IMG/VR virus record: IMGVR_UViG_3300050014_000823
Span: 235,145-299,144 of that record
Length of the DNA: 64,000 bases
Direction: 5' to 3' (one strand)
Below, piece by piece: positions 35,791 through 45,877 of this stretch; the first letter of the stretch is position 1; each line of letters opens with the position of its first letter. The position numbers and the translations under genes are program-made. The notes under the pieces are model-generated. The model was given only the letters and a program-made list of their open reading frames with translations. It did not search any database and was not told where the DNA came from.

Positions 35791-38682
35791 TTATGCACCA
35801 ACGTCAGCAAAGGATGCTCCGGTAGGAGTAATTGTAAATGTGATTCCGATATATTCAACTGCACGTGTTGGTTTGATGAAGATTTCGCCAAATAACTCGT
35901 TTCTGTCGATTGTTTCTGGAGTGTTAATAATGTCGTCCATTTTAATTCTGAAGTCATATAAACCTCTTTCTCTCTTAACTGTATCGAGTACAGGAGTTGC
36001 TTTTGACAAGAACTGGTCGATAGTAGTTTGGTCGTTCTGTTCGAATACCAATCTGATTGCGATGTTTGTAATAAGAACTTTAAGTTGAAGAAGTAATCTA
36101 CGAACATTGATTCTATCAAGAGCACTTGCTTTAACCTGTAAGGTCTTCTGACCAAAGATTGCTGTACCTGCATCTGCAAAGTCAGCCATTGGATTGATTC
36201 TACCTGTGTAAAGAATATCACGTGCTTCCAGTGATAATTTATACATAGATTTTCTTGCATTTGTAACACCACGGTTCAAACCAGCAGGTGCGAACCAAGG
36301 GAATGCTGTATTGTCAGTATAAGCCATTGCTTTTACTACTTCACCTGTAGGTGGAATATAAACGTTGACGTTATTCTGAGTATCCCTCATTTGAATCCAA
36401 GGGAAGTATGTACATGAGTAGTTGCTGTCAATACCTGATGTATCAAGTAAATCAACAATACCCTGTGCTGCAAGTACGTCCTGTTTTTCACTACCTGTTG
36501 TTTTAGGTATTTCAATGTCAGGAGTATCAATTACATAAAGTGTGTCAGTTCTTTGAGTAGTCAACATGTTGATTGTATCGAGAACTAATACGTTTTGGTC
36601 TGACCAGTTGATACCTGGAGTTGCAAATACGTTAATTGTTACCTGTTCTGGGTTTGAGAATGTATTTATTGCAGTTTCCCATGCTTGGAAGTCATTTGTT
36701 GCTGGAACTAATGGCTGAACACCATCATAAATTCCACCTTGACGATAAAAGTCACCGTATGAACGACTGTTTCTGTTAACATCCCAACCATCGAAACCAC
36801 CTGCAGGTGCAAGAGTGAATTTTCTTGAAGCCAATAAGTAATAAGGATTTAATGGGTCAACAACATCTGCGATACTTTCAAACGAACCTGCACCAACCTC
36901 AAAACTACCAATTAATTCAGCACCATCCATATATGTTGCACCAGTTGCGTTAATATCCATGTGGAAACCTTTAGTTTTTGTGTATCCAATTGGATTTGCA
37001 TTTACATTATTGTAGCCGTCAAAGTTAAAGAAGTTCTGGTTGATACCATCACCAACAACACCCGGAGCATCATAACCACTTGCTGACATACCTAAGTATA
37101 CTCTTGCAACTCTTTCGTTTGACTCATAATGAGTTTTGTAGAATACCTTTGGTGTTATACCTGCATAGTTAGTAGGAACACTTCCTGTGGTAGTTGCACT
37201 TAATGCATAATCATTAAACCACAAACCTTCGAAACCTGCAGGGAATGAATCCTGATGTTCTTCTGAATCCATTTCAACCATGATGTATTTGCTCTGAAGG
37301 TCATATTCGCCATCAGTTGTACCGATACGCTGTGCAATATATGCATTAGTACCTTTTATTAATGTACATCTTGTGTATGTTTCCAAAACATTGGGAGCTG
37401 CGTCAGTATCGTAGAAAGCACGTACAAGTACGTCAAATTCCATTGTAATTGGATTGATATTTCCAATACTGATTTTTATTTCTTGGTTAGCTGCGTCACC
37501 GTCAGAGATACTTATGAATTTAAATAATCTTGCAACATTATTACCTTTAAGTTGTGACACAACCCAAGGAGTTTCTGGAGTTTTGAATTGTGTTTTATAG
37601 TCTCCAAATAAAGTGGTGTTTGTTCTAATCATATCGGTGTGAATACCATATGCATATGATTGAACGCCACTTATTCCGTATTTTGTTAATCCACTTAAAA
37701 CTGGGTCTGTAATTAAAACAGAAGTACCGTCTGCATCAAGTTTTTTAATTAATTGAGGATAGGTTGCTTGACACCAAATTTTAGTTTTTTTGTCTTTAGG
37801 AAGGTTTCCTATTACGTTTGGTAAGAAACTTGAAGCATCTGGATTTAATGAAGCCGTATAAGATTCTGTACCACCACTATAGTTATTAGGTGCTGGAACT
37901 GCAGGTACTTTAAGTCCTCTATTTGTTGCTTTCAAAGTAAATTGTCCAAACAAATCACCACTACCAATTAATGTGGTATTAGTCGAAGCTGAAATTGTAA
38001 GACCAGTACAATCAAATACAGTTGTTGATGGCAAGTTTACGTTATCTTGAACATAACCTCTGCTTCTTATAACTGCAAGCACCATACCTTCATATGCTGA
38101 ATATGAAGTACCGCTTAAAACAGTTGTTATTTGACGAACAGTACCACCTGTAAGGTTTACTGTTGTTGCTGTGAAAGAATATGATGTTCCAAGGAATGAA
38201 GTTGGACCTGTTTTAGTAAAACCTGAGAATGATGTTCCTGTTTGACCACTACTATATATTGTAACACCCAAATAGGTATTGCCTGCATATGTTTTAGTCA
38301 CAGCACTGCTCGTTGAAACAACACCCATTGTGTGAGGGTCAACACCCGCACTTAAGGTAATGTTCCACGCATTTCCTGCATCATATCCGCTTAAACCCAA
38401 TACTCTTGTAACCCACATTTGGTTTGATTCATCCAAATATGCATTAGCTGTATAAGGTAATTGATATTGAAGTTGTCCGTTACTTGGAAACCTTTTAACG
38501 CTCTGAGGACCAAATCTATTTGCAAATTCAGTCTGGTCTTGAACATATACTGGTTCGAAAGCAGGACCTTTTGTTGTTTCGCCAACAACACCTAATGTTG
38601 TTATACCTACGTTACGTGTAACGAATGTTAAGTCACGTTCTCTAAATTTTATACCCGGAGAGGTAAATACGAATTCTGCCAT
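35791..38682 (-). CDS. gp18: Contractile tail sheath protein
   Basis: FTSPGIKFRERDLT, LGVVGETTKGPAFEP, PWFAPAGLNRG, GQKTLQVKASALDRINVRRLL, IFIKPTRAVEYI. Confidence 0.95.
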   Translation of the reverse strand: MAEFVFTSPGIKFRERDLTFVTRNVGITTLGVVGETTKGPAFEPVYVQDQTEFANRFGPQSVKRFPSNGQLQYQLPYTANAYLDESNQMWVTRVLGLSGYDAGNAWNITLSAGVDPHTMGVVSTSSAVTKTYAGNTYLGVTIYSSGQTGTSFSGFTKTGPTSFLGTSYSFTATTVNLTGGTVRQITTVLSGTSYSAYEGMVLAVIRSRGYVQDNVNLPSTTVFDCTGLTISASTNTTLIGSGDLFGQFTLKATNRGLKVPAVPAPNNYSGGTESYTASLNPDASSFLPNVIGNLPKDKKTKIWCQATYPQLIKKLDADGTSVLITDPVLSGLTKYGISGVQSYAYGIHTDMIRTNTTLFGDYKTQFKTPETPWVVSQLKGNNVARLFKFISISDGDAANQEIKISIGNINPITMEFDVLVRAFYDTDAAPNVLETYTRCTLIKGTNAYIAQRIGTTDGEYDLQSKYIMVEMDSEEHQDSFPAGFEGLWFNDYALSATTTGSVPTNYAGITPKVFYKTHYESNERVARVYLGMSASGYDAPGVVGDGINQNFFNFDGYNNVNANPIGYTKTKGFHMDINATGATYMDGAELIGSFEVGAGSFESIADVVDPLNPYYLLASRKFTLAPAGGFDGWDVNRNSRSYGDFYRQGGIYDGVQPLVPATNDFQAWETAINTFSNPEQVTINVFATPGINWSDQNVLVLDTINMLTTQRTDTLYVIDTPDIEIPKTTGSEKQDVLAAQGIVDLLDTSGIDSNYSCTYFPWIQMRDTQNNVNVYIPPTGEVVKAMAYTDNTAFPWFAPAGLNRGVTNARKSMYKLSLEARDILYTGRINPMADFADAGTAIFGQKTLQVKASALDRINVRRLLLQLKVLITNIAIRLVFEQNDQTTIDQFLSKATPVLDTVKRERGLYDFRIKMDDIINTPETIDRNELFGEIFIKPTRAVEYIGITFTITPTGASFADVGA

Positions 38683-38743
38683 GTTTATAGTTATTAATAG
38701 TTTCTATTATTATTTCTGTAATTAAACGTTTTGTCGTTTTCAA

Positions 38744-38751
38744 ATAAATAC
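38744..38751 (-). promoter_or_regulatory. Putative late promoter GTATTTAT for the sheath operon
   Basis: ATAAATAC on the plus strand upstream of sheath ATG 38682. Confidence 0.65.
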
Positions 38752-38820
38752 TAAAAATTTATTGAAAAGGTAATTTACCATAATTTATATCACAGGGGTA
38801 TTGGTACTGATAAACACAGA

Positions 38821-38935
38821 TTTGGGGAAATTCGGGATTTTTCGCCAGGAATTTCGGATTTTTCTGGATTTTTTGCATGAAATTTTCAGAAATTTCATGC
38901 AATTTTTTTTCAGTTTTTTTTAAAGATTTTTCAGA
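38821..38935. repeat. Helically phased GA(A/T)TTT repeats with a central palindrome
   Basis: T-tracts recur about every 10 bp; GCATGAAATTT-TCAG-AAATTTCATGC at 38875-38900. Confidence 0.7.
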
Positions 38936-38948
38936 AAATATCGTATAA

Positions 38949-38956
38949 GTATTTAT
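38949..38956 (+). promoter_or_regulatory. Putative late promoter GTATTTAT
   Basis: 21 nt upstream of ATG 38978. Confidence 0.65.
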
Positions 38957-38977
38957 GTGAAACACAAATTAGTTACT

Positions 38978-41152
38978 ATGAACAAATCACAACGCATTTA
39001 TTTAAACACTGGAACTACTCAAAACGATAAATATATCCAGTTTCAACTCGAACAAGACGTGGATACTATTGAGTTCATGACAATGAACATCTATACCAAA
39101 GACGCATACCAAGACTTTAACTCAGACTACGGTGTATTGGTGGGTAGAGTCATAGCAAATGGTGGAATTGGTATTCCTAATGCAAAAATAAGCATATTCA
39201 TACCTTTGACTGATGCAGATGCCGACATTGGAGATATTGCAAGTATCTATCCATATAAAACCCCAAGGGATAAGAACAGTGAGGGTAAAAGGTATAACTT
39301 ACTTCCAAGAGTCTCAGAGTTTGAACCAAGTACTGGCGTTTTTAAACCAAAACAACCTTTCGGCAGTTTTCCAATTAAACCTGAAATAGTAACAAATCAA
39401 GCATTTTTGGATGTTTATAAAAAGTATTATAAATATACGGCACTAACTAATAATGCGGGTGACTATATGATATTTGGTGTACCAATTGGCGTACAGACGG
39501 TTCATTTAAGTGTAGATATTACTGACATTGGTAAATTTTCGATGACTCCTGCTGCTATGGTAACTAACTTAGGTTACTCACCGAACTTCTTTACAGACAA
39601 TAATACGAGAATTAAGCCTTCGGAAGACTTAACCGACTTACCGAATATTGAAACCCAAGAAATTACCGTTGATATTGTACCTTTCTGGGGTGATACAACA
39701 AACTTTACAATAGGAATTACACGTCAAGACTTCAGAATTCGTTCTGTACTCACAAATACTTTTACAATCTTTGGGTCGGTGTTTACCGATGCATATAAGT
39801 CAATGTGGGGACGTGGTATATCCGGTACTGATAGTACGTGGGCATTATATCAAATGGGAGTAGATAATGGTTTAACAGTTAGACAAAATATTGGTGCTGC
39901 ACAAAAAGCTGCGGGAACTGTAACGGAGAAAATATATTATTATCCAGTAAATATCAGTGATACACAAATTGCCACTGGAAAATTTGTGGACCAAATGCTA
40001 TTATTAGACACAACACAATATTCTGTATATAAAAGGGGTGGTGACTTTGCGGCTATTGTTAGTTGTAATAGAAGAAAAATTATTACAGATGATTTTGGTA
40101 ATGAAGTGGTGGTTGCAGATAATGCACCAGACGGTATATTTACAAGATTCAGTGGATTTATGACACTTGAAATTTCTCCCGATACCATTCCTTTGGATTG
40201 GGAATCAATCGGTCATCACGTAGAAATGAAACCAATAAGACAAATAATCAAAATTCCACAATATGCAGATGCAGGAAAAACATTTGTTAATCCTAACACT
40301 TATCATGATTGTTGTAATAGTAGTTTTCATGGTAATGATACAGATATTGCACAAAATAATGCATGGAGAGCCGAACATTATAGTTTTAGTGGTGGTGGAC
40401 TTTATAGCGTAAGCAGATTTCATGGAATTGTTGCTAATGGTCTTGATAGGGAAAGTAGTTGTCCATATGGATTTATTGCTGGTGATACCATAAACGTTGC
40501 ATGTATTGCTTGGTCTCAAAATGCAGGGGTAATTCAAACAAATAATTATGATTCGGGTAATAATGATGATGTTGAATTTCCAACAAATTCTATTATGACT
40601 GGTTGCGCTGCTATTAGTGGTTTGACATGTGCGACTGTTTTTGGTGCTAACTGGATGAATTTATCGATATATCTGCCACAAACGGGATGGGTTTATAATA
40701 ATTATGCTTATATACATTGTTGGAGAGTCAATTCTCAATTTACTTTTGCTGACCGAAATAAATATAATAATAGTTATTATCAATTACCCAACAAACAATT
40801 AATTGCGGGAAAATATACTGACACATGTAGTTTTACACGTTCAGACTTAAACTGGAGTGATTTTATTCCTATGACAAAATGTGATGTGGTTAAGATGAAC
40901 GAAACTGGAACCAAAGGATTTAAGACATTTAATGATGGTAAGACTATTACTACTATAAGTGGTAATTACCCATTACAGGGCACGTATCGTAATGGAACAT
41001 ATAAACCTTCGTGTAATCCCACACCTGCCCCATTCTGTGGGGGTAAATGTAATGGTGTTTCCACATGTGCGTCAGATGGTAAAACATATTTCTTCAAGGG
41101 AATTGATACCTCAGACTGTGTTGCCTTTATTACTTGTTTAGGAATTATATAA
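38978..41152 (+). CDS. Structural (baseplate/tail-associated) protein with Cys-rich C-terminal half
   Basis: YGVLVGRVIANGGIGIPNAKISIFIP and TNNAGDYMIFGVPIGVQTVH (carboxypeptidase-regulatory-like beta sandwich); preceded by a late motif. Confidence 0.6.
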   Translation: MNKSQRIYLNTGTTQNDKYIQFQLEQDVDTIEFMTMNIYTKDAYQDFNSDYGVLVGRVIANGGIGIPNAKISIFIPLTDADADIGDIASIYPYKTPRDKNSEGKRYNLLPRVSEFEPSTGVFKPKQPFGSFPIKPEIVTNQAFLDVYKKYYKYTALTNNAGDYMIFGVPIGVQTVHLSVDITDIGKFSMTPAAMVTNLGYSPNFFTDNNTRIKPSEDLTDLPNIETQEITVDIVPFWGDTTNFTIGITRQDFRIRSVLTNTFTIFGSVFTDAYKSMWGRGISGTDSTWALYQMGVDNGLTVRQNIGAAQKAAGTVTEKIYYYPVNISDTQIATGKFVDQMLLLDTTQYSVYKRGGDFAAIVSCNRRKIITDDFGNEVVVADNAPDGIFTRFSGFMTLEISPDTIPLDWESIGHHVEMKPIRQIIKIPQYADAGKTFVNPNTYHDCCNSSFHGNDTDIAQNNAWRAEHYSFSGGGLYSVSRFHGIVANGLDRESSCPYGFIAGDTINVACIAWSQNAGVIQTNNYDSGNNDDVEFPTNSIMTGCAAISGLTCATVFGANWMNLSIYLPQTGWVYNNYAYIHCWRVNSQFTFADRNKYNNSYYQLPNKQLIAGKYTDTCSFTRSDLNWSDFIPMTKCDVVKMNETGTKGFKTFNDGKTITTISGNYPLQGTYRNGTYKPSCNPTPAPFCGGKCNGVSTCASDGKTYFFKGIDTSDCVAFITCLGII

Positions 41153-41156
41153 AATG

Positions 41157-41183
41157 AAAAACCCCCGAAATTCGGGGGTTTTT
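41157..41183. terminator. Bidirectional intrinsic terminator
   Basis: AAAAACCCCCGAA-A-TTCGGGGGTTTTT between convergent genes. Confidence 0.85.
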
Positions 41184-41184
41184 A

Positions 41185-41931
41185 TTATTTGTTAAAAGTG
41201 TAAACTGCGCTTGAAGACGGAGTGTGCAGAACAACCTTAGAACTCAAAAGTGATAGTTTAAGTTCTGTTTTTCCAGAATTAAGTGATTTTATTTTAAACA
41301 CAAGTTCATCGGATTGATTTCCTTTACAATGAATGGTATTATCGGTTGTGTTAATGGTAACATCATAATCATAACCATTAACATCAGCAGGAACGGCACA
41401 AAGGTCTTTGATATTTAATATGTCTGGATTTAAAGTAAATTTAAGATTCAGCGCACCATAATTAATGCCATCATTTTTCAATGTAACAAAATCGGCAGAT
41501 GTATTTCCGTATTTTTTTGTTGGTGTAGTTTCCAAAGAAATAAATCTCCAAGTACCGAGCAACATATTTACTGTTATGGGATTTACTTTTACAGTTACAC
41601 TATTTGATGTGGCAGGACTACCAATTGCATCCGATGCATTTGATGTAAGTACACATGTTACCGCATCGTTATTATTGGGAGTGTAAGTATATGTGGGACT
41701 ATTTGTTCCAGCATTTACACCATTAACTTTCCACTGATATTGTGGTGATGTTCCACCAAATGTCGGAGTGGCTGTAAATGTAACAGAAATACCTGGGTCA
41801 ACAGGATTTGTCAACGTTGCAATTGATACTTTTACATAATTAATGTCTTCATTAGCGGGTTTTTCACAACTGGTACTCATAATTACCATTGCAAACATCA
41901 GAGTCATAAAATAAATAGCTTTTTTCATCAT
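41185..41931 (-). CDS. Bacteroidota-type lipoprotein with Ig-like domain
   Basis: MKKAIYFMTLMFAMVIMSTS-CEK lipobox; VTFTATPTFGGTSPQYQWKVNGVNAGTNSPTYTY..NNDAVTCVLTSN Ig-like repeat. Confidence 0.8.
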   Translation of the reverse strand: MMKKAIYFMTLMFAMVIMSTSCEKPANEDINYVKVSIATLTNPVDPGISVTFTATPTFGGTSPQYQWKVNGVNAGTNSPTYTYTPNNNDAVTCVLTSNASDAIGSPATSNSVTVKVNPITVNMLLGTWRFISLETTPTKKYGNTSADFVTLKNDGINYGALNLKFTLNPDILNIKDLCAVPADVNGYDYDVTINTTDNTIHCKGNQSDELVFKIKSLNSGKTELKLSLLSSKVVLHTPSSSAVYTFNK

Positions 41932-42046
41932 ACAAGTTTTTAGTTAAACAATAAAAAATTAAAATTAAGTTAAACAACAACTGATTATACGTATTTGCTC
42001 AGAAAATGTTACAAAAAAGTGCAACTATTTTAAAAAAAATTTCTGG

Positions 42047-42054
42047 GTATTTAT
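42047..42054 (+). promoter_or_regulatory. Putative late promoter GTATTTAT
   Basis: Only 5 nt before ATG 42060, implying a near-leaderless transcript if functional. Confidence 0.55.
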
Positions 42055-42059
42055 AGAAT

Positions 42060-43211
42060 ATGAGCGAAAACATTCAAATATTACTCGGCAGTTGCCAAAA
42101 TATCCACTCTGTCAATACGGATAATTTTCAGAAGATAGAATTGGAAAACAAACCTGCACAGATTAACGAATATGACATAAAGAATGCTTTAAGTGCAACC
42201 GAGATTTTCGATGCGGAGCGAGAAGCAAATCAAAACTACAGAATTTATGGCAGAATTGAGTATTTGTCATTGTTGAATGGTCTTAAATTGGATTACACTA
42301 AATTACAGGACTTTTTTATTCCACAAACACTAAACAGTAAGAACATTTTTAGTTCGTTTAAGTTTTACTTGCTTAAGCCAGGAACAGGATATACTCAAAT
42401 TGCTGGAAGTACTGTTGAATACATAAGATATTTCGATGTGATTGCAACTCCAGATGATTTCGAACTTTATAACGCTGGCTTTACCAATAATGTTTATGGA
42501 GAACAAGTATATGCGTTTAACTTCAACAAGGACTTTGATGTTTTACCATACGTAGATAACTTCGGATTTCCACTAATGGAATTGTTTCTATATGCGGTGT
42601 ATCAACCCGCAAGAAACGGAAGTTTTCAACTTGAAACAATGTTTAGTACTTCTTTTGGTACAACTGGCGTTTCAACAAAAGTACCATTTACACCCACAAC
42701 ACTTAATACTGGCAATAGAATATATGGTGACCTAATAGAATATTCAAAATCAGATTTTCTACAAGTGCCTTCAACTCAGCACCCAAATGAGCAGCTAATG
42801 TATATTAATACACCATATGACGCAGGTACGCTTCAATGGGTATACAATTCGTTAATTCCATTCAGACTAAGATATTTTTATGACAATCTTAATGCGGCAA
42901 ATACAGGAAGTACTTCATATGAGCAATCTTCAACAATACCATACTATGCAACTTCGCTTGGTCAGGGTAATTATGTTTGGAGAGATATTATACTACAGGG
43001 AAATATTGACCCACTAACAGGATTAGGTGTTGATTATCCGTTTGTTAATAAAAGGAGATATTTGTTTTCACCTGTTATTCTCGATGTATCTCCAAATTTA
43101 AATGACCCATTTACTCTCGGTGTATTCACTGAGATTAAGTTCGGTACACCTACAATAATGAACACCAAACCAATTAGCGATTTAAAAAATATTGGAAAGC
43201 CATGTCTATAA
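42060..43211 (+). CDS. Hypothetical structural protein
   Basis: 383 aa after a late motif; aromatic/Thr-rich. Confidence 0.7.
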   Translation: MSENIQILLGSCQNIHSVNTDNFQKIELENKPAQINEYDIKNALSATEIFDAEREANQNYRIYGRIEYLSLLNGLKLDYTKLQDFFIPQTLNSKNIFSSFKFYLLKPGTGYTQIAGSTVEYIRYFDVIATPDDFELYNAGFTNNVYGEQVYAFNFNKDFDVLPYVDNFGFPLMELFLYAVYQPARNGSFQLETMFSTSFGTTGVSTKVPFTPTTLNTGNRIYGDLIEYSKSDFLQVPSTQHPNEQLMYINTPYDAGTLQWVYNSLIPFRLRYFYDNLNAANTGSTSYEQSSTIPYYATSLGQGNYVWRDIILQGNIDPLTGLGVDYPFVNKRRYLFSPVILDVSPNLNDPFTLGVFTEIKFGTPTIMNTKPISDLKNIGKPCL

Positions 43212-44041
43212 TTAAAGAAACAATAAAATATCTTGGAGTTGATATGAATCTGAAAATTAATTTGGGTTCAACAGATGGCTTTTTGGGTTTACAACAGGAA
43301 ATAGACAATCTTACACAGGTTGTTGGTGTTGATTTAGTCAATCCACCTGTAGATGGCGAAGAGCGTAGACTTAAATATTTGCCAAGTATTACACCGTTGT
43401 CATTGTCATTCAGATTCTACGACATACCTTCAAGCGGGTGGGGCGCAAGTTTCCAAAATGTGGGTTTTAGTTTAGATGATATTCATGGCTTAAGTTCAAA
43501 CATGCTGAATAGTTTTTTCATTATGGATTACTATGACAGTGTTGATACGACAACACAGAATAAAATATTTACAACATATTTAACAAAATTAATTTTATAC
43601 GATGCTTATGGTAATAAAGTCTACACCCCGACATATACAATTGGTGGGACAATACCAAATCAGTTCTACTATCAATACATACCGCTTTGGTACTTGAATT
43701 CATTTACTGGAAATACTATTACAGGTTACACTAAATTTAGTTTTTATAATGCAATCAACGGTAAAATTGTGTCGTTTTATAATTACGACAATGGCAATCC
43801 TTTGCCGGGAAACTATGTTAATCCGGAGAAAATGTATTTTAAGACTGAAATTAATCGTACAAACAAGACATGGAGAATAATAACGACATCATTCCCCAAT
43901 GCATTTGCAAATGAATTGTGGGATGCACCTGCTTATAAGGATAAAGTTGATAAGACTGTTCAGAACTTCAACAATGAAGCACAGGATTATCCTTCGGGTA
44001 ATACGTTTAATTATGTAAATGGAACTTACAATACTATTTAA
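43202..44041 (+). CDS. Hypothetical structural protein
   Basis: 279 aa, overlapping the previous ORF. Confidence 0.7.
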   Translation: MSIIKETIKYLGVDMNLKINLGSTDGFLGLQQEIDNLTQVVGVDLVNPPVDGEERRLKYLPSITPLSLSFRFYDIPSSGWGASFQNVGFSLDDIHGLSSNMLNSFFIMDYYDSVDTTTQNKIFTTYLTKLILYDAYGNKVYTPTYTIGGTIPNQFYYQYIPLWYLNSFTGNTITGYTKFSFYNAINGKIVSFYNYDNGNPLPGNYVNPEKMYFKTEINRTNKTWRIITTSFPNAFANELWDAPAYKDKVDKTVQNFNNEAQDYPSGNTFNYVNGTYNTI

Positions 44042-44798
44042 CAACAATACCAATTTGTGGTTTTCTCATAGTCTTAACAATGTCAAAGTCTTTTTCGTCT
44101 TGGATGAAACCTTGGACTTTCAAAGCATATTTAGCTACGAAAAATCTATCACCGTCAATATTCTCAATAGGATTGGCTTCTGCGAAACCTTCGAATAATA
44201 GTGGCATTGGTGCACCTTTAATCCACACGTATTCTTGACGTGATTTGAAATTTCTCAGAATTTGCTCATCGTATTGGTTAACGTCTACACGGTATTTTGT
44301 AAAAAGAGTTGCCTCAAAGGTCAAATCGACATTTGTAGGTTCAGGCATCTTAAACATTAATGAGATTATTTCGCCTGCATCCATGATAGGCACGTTCATG
44401 TATCTGAATTTACGTGGTTGTGGAATACTGTATTTAGTACCAAGTCTTGTGCCGGGTTGTTTATCAATACGTCTGACTGTAATGTAGGGAGTTGGAACGT
44501 TTTTGTCATTATCTACGAATTTCCAAGTCTTAGAAAATTCACCCCAACGGTCATTGTCGAGATAAAAGGTCGGAACTATCTGACCATCGATTGCAATTTT
44601 CATACCGTCAGTATTCACATAGTGAAACAAAGCTGCGTCAATATCTTCAAGTAAAATAGTTCTTGGTAGATATTTAGTCTTTTTGTCGGTATTGACCATC
44701 AGTTCCTCAATCCTGTCGAAGCCGTACTTAAGATATTCACATCCAGGCTTTGGTGGATTTATGTCAATGGTGTATTTTATTTTCTTTGGTAATGACAT
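44034..44798 (-). CDS. Tail terminator/completion protein (gp15-like)
   Basis: LEDIDAALFHY, VPTPYITVRR, PEPTNVDLTFEATLFTKYRVDVNQYDEQI; late motif at 44816-44823. Confidence 0.65.
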   Translation of the reverse strand: MSLPKKIKYTIDINPPKPGCEYLKYGFDRIEELMVNTDKKTKYLPRTILLEDIDAALFHYVNTDGMKIAIDGQIVPTFYLDNDRWGEFSKTWKFVDNDKNVPTPYITVRRIDKQPGTRLGTKYSIPQPRKFRYMNVPIMDAGEIISLMFKMPEPTNVDLTFEATLFTKYRVDVNQYDEQILRNFKSRQEYVWIKGAPMPLLFEGFAEANPIENIDGDRFFVAKYALKVQGFIQDEKDFDIVKTMRKPQIGIVVK

Positions 44799-44825
44799 TT
44801 AATTACAGTTTTTATATAAATACTC

Positions 44826-44856
44826 TTGCCTTTTAATTAGATTAATACTATATTTG
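44826..44856 (+). promoter_or_regulatory. Bacteroidota-type host promoter TTG-N20-TATATTTG
   Basis: TATATTTG at 44849-44856 and TTG at 44826-44828, heading the plus-strand KTSC-mazG-dut-thyA run. Confidence 0.6.
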
Positions 44857-44875
44857 CCTTCTTAAATCACAGCAG

Positions 44876-45223
44876 ATGTTAATTGAACGCAAAGAAATAC
44901 TCAATGAGGACAAGAGTACCGGATATATAGAAGCAGTTTTTAATTCGGACAATGTACTCAAAACTACCTACTTTCCTCAAGCACAAAGACTTTACATTGC
45001 ATTTAGCAGAGGACACACATATTCTTACGGCAATGTTTCACGTGAAATGTATAATGAATTTGAAGCTGCGGACTCCCAAGGCAAGTACTTTCACGCAAAA
45101 ATAAATAATAAGACAAAATTCCCGACACGCAAAGAATTTACTCTGTACCCAAGTGAAGTACAGGGTTTAAAGGAAACTGTTAAAAACAAAATGTCGGAAT
45201 TAAAAGAAGACGAAGATGAATAG
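44876..45223 (+). CDS. KTSC domain protein
   Basis: SDNVLKTTYFPQAQRLYIAFSRGHTYSYGNVSREMYNEFEAADSQGKYFHAKI. Confidence 0.8.
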   Translation: MLIERKEILNEDKSTGYIEAVFNSDNVLKTTYFPQAQRLYIAFSRGHTYSYGNVSREMYNEFEAADSQGKYFHAKINNKTKFPTRKEFTLYPSEVQGLKETVKNKMSELKEDEDE

Positions 45224-45521
45224 TATCGAAGAACGAGACAATCTTATTCAGTTAATGCAAGAAGCGTTGAAATTCTATGCAGACCCAACCAATTATATTG
45301 GTCCAATGGGAACTATTGCACCGATTTATTCTGATGATTATGGCTCACAAGCACGTTTTGCTTTAGAAAAGGTTAAACAATTAAATGAGCAAAATCAGAA
45401 AATTCAAGACGATTACGACAAACTTATATTGGAAGCAGAAGAACTCGAATCTACAGGTGAAACAAGTCCTTTGGACCTAATTAACATATTTATACAAACC
45501 CGTGATGATAAAAACGTTTAA
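45216..45521 (+). CDS. Hypothetical protein
   Basis: 101-aa ORF in the operon (ALKFYADPTNY). Confidence 0.65.
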   Translation: MNSIEERDNLIQLMQEALKFYADPTNYIGPMGTIAPIYSDDYGSQARFALEKVKQLNEQNQKIQDDYDKLILEAEELESTGETSPLDLINIFIQTRDDKNV

Positions 45522-45836
45522 AGAATATCAGCAAGAAGCAAATTTTCTCAAAATATCTTTGGATAGGTTTCTTGAGAAATATCCCGACTTGCCTGCAGAC
45601 GTAATTCTTTTAATGAGAGTTACTTACGATGGTTTAGGACTTGGTGAAGCAGGTGAAGTACAGGGTAAAATCAAAAAGATTATTCGGGATGATGGTGGAA
45701 AAATAACACCTGAACATATTGAAGCAATTAAGGGTACGTGAACAGTTCGGTTAAATCTACAAAAATCTATTAAAACCTATGAAAATCTATGGACGAAATA
45801 ATTTTAATAAAAACTGATATTTTTAATTAATATATA

Positions 45837-45844
45837 CTATTTAT
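45837..45844 (+). promoter_or_regulatory. Late-promoter-type motif CTATTTAT inside the IS left end, upstream of tnpB
   Basis: 33 nt before tnpB ATG 45878. Confidence 0.5.
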
Positions 45845-45877
45845 AAAAGAGTATTAAAATTACCCAATTAAATTAAA

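Noticed and set aside
38978-41152. Diversity-generating retroelement target
   Set aside because: No reverse transcriptase or template/variable repeat pair was seen in the window.
45734-45740. GTACGT resembling a spliceosomal 5' splice site
   Set aside because: Bacterial virus context and no AG at the 3' junction; coincidental.
45733-45877. IStron (group I intron + TnpB) that would splice and rescue mazG
   Set aside because: The left end is only about 145 nt and very AT-rich, with no recognisable P/Q/R/S core. The junctions do not give the exon-U / intron-G pattern.
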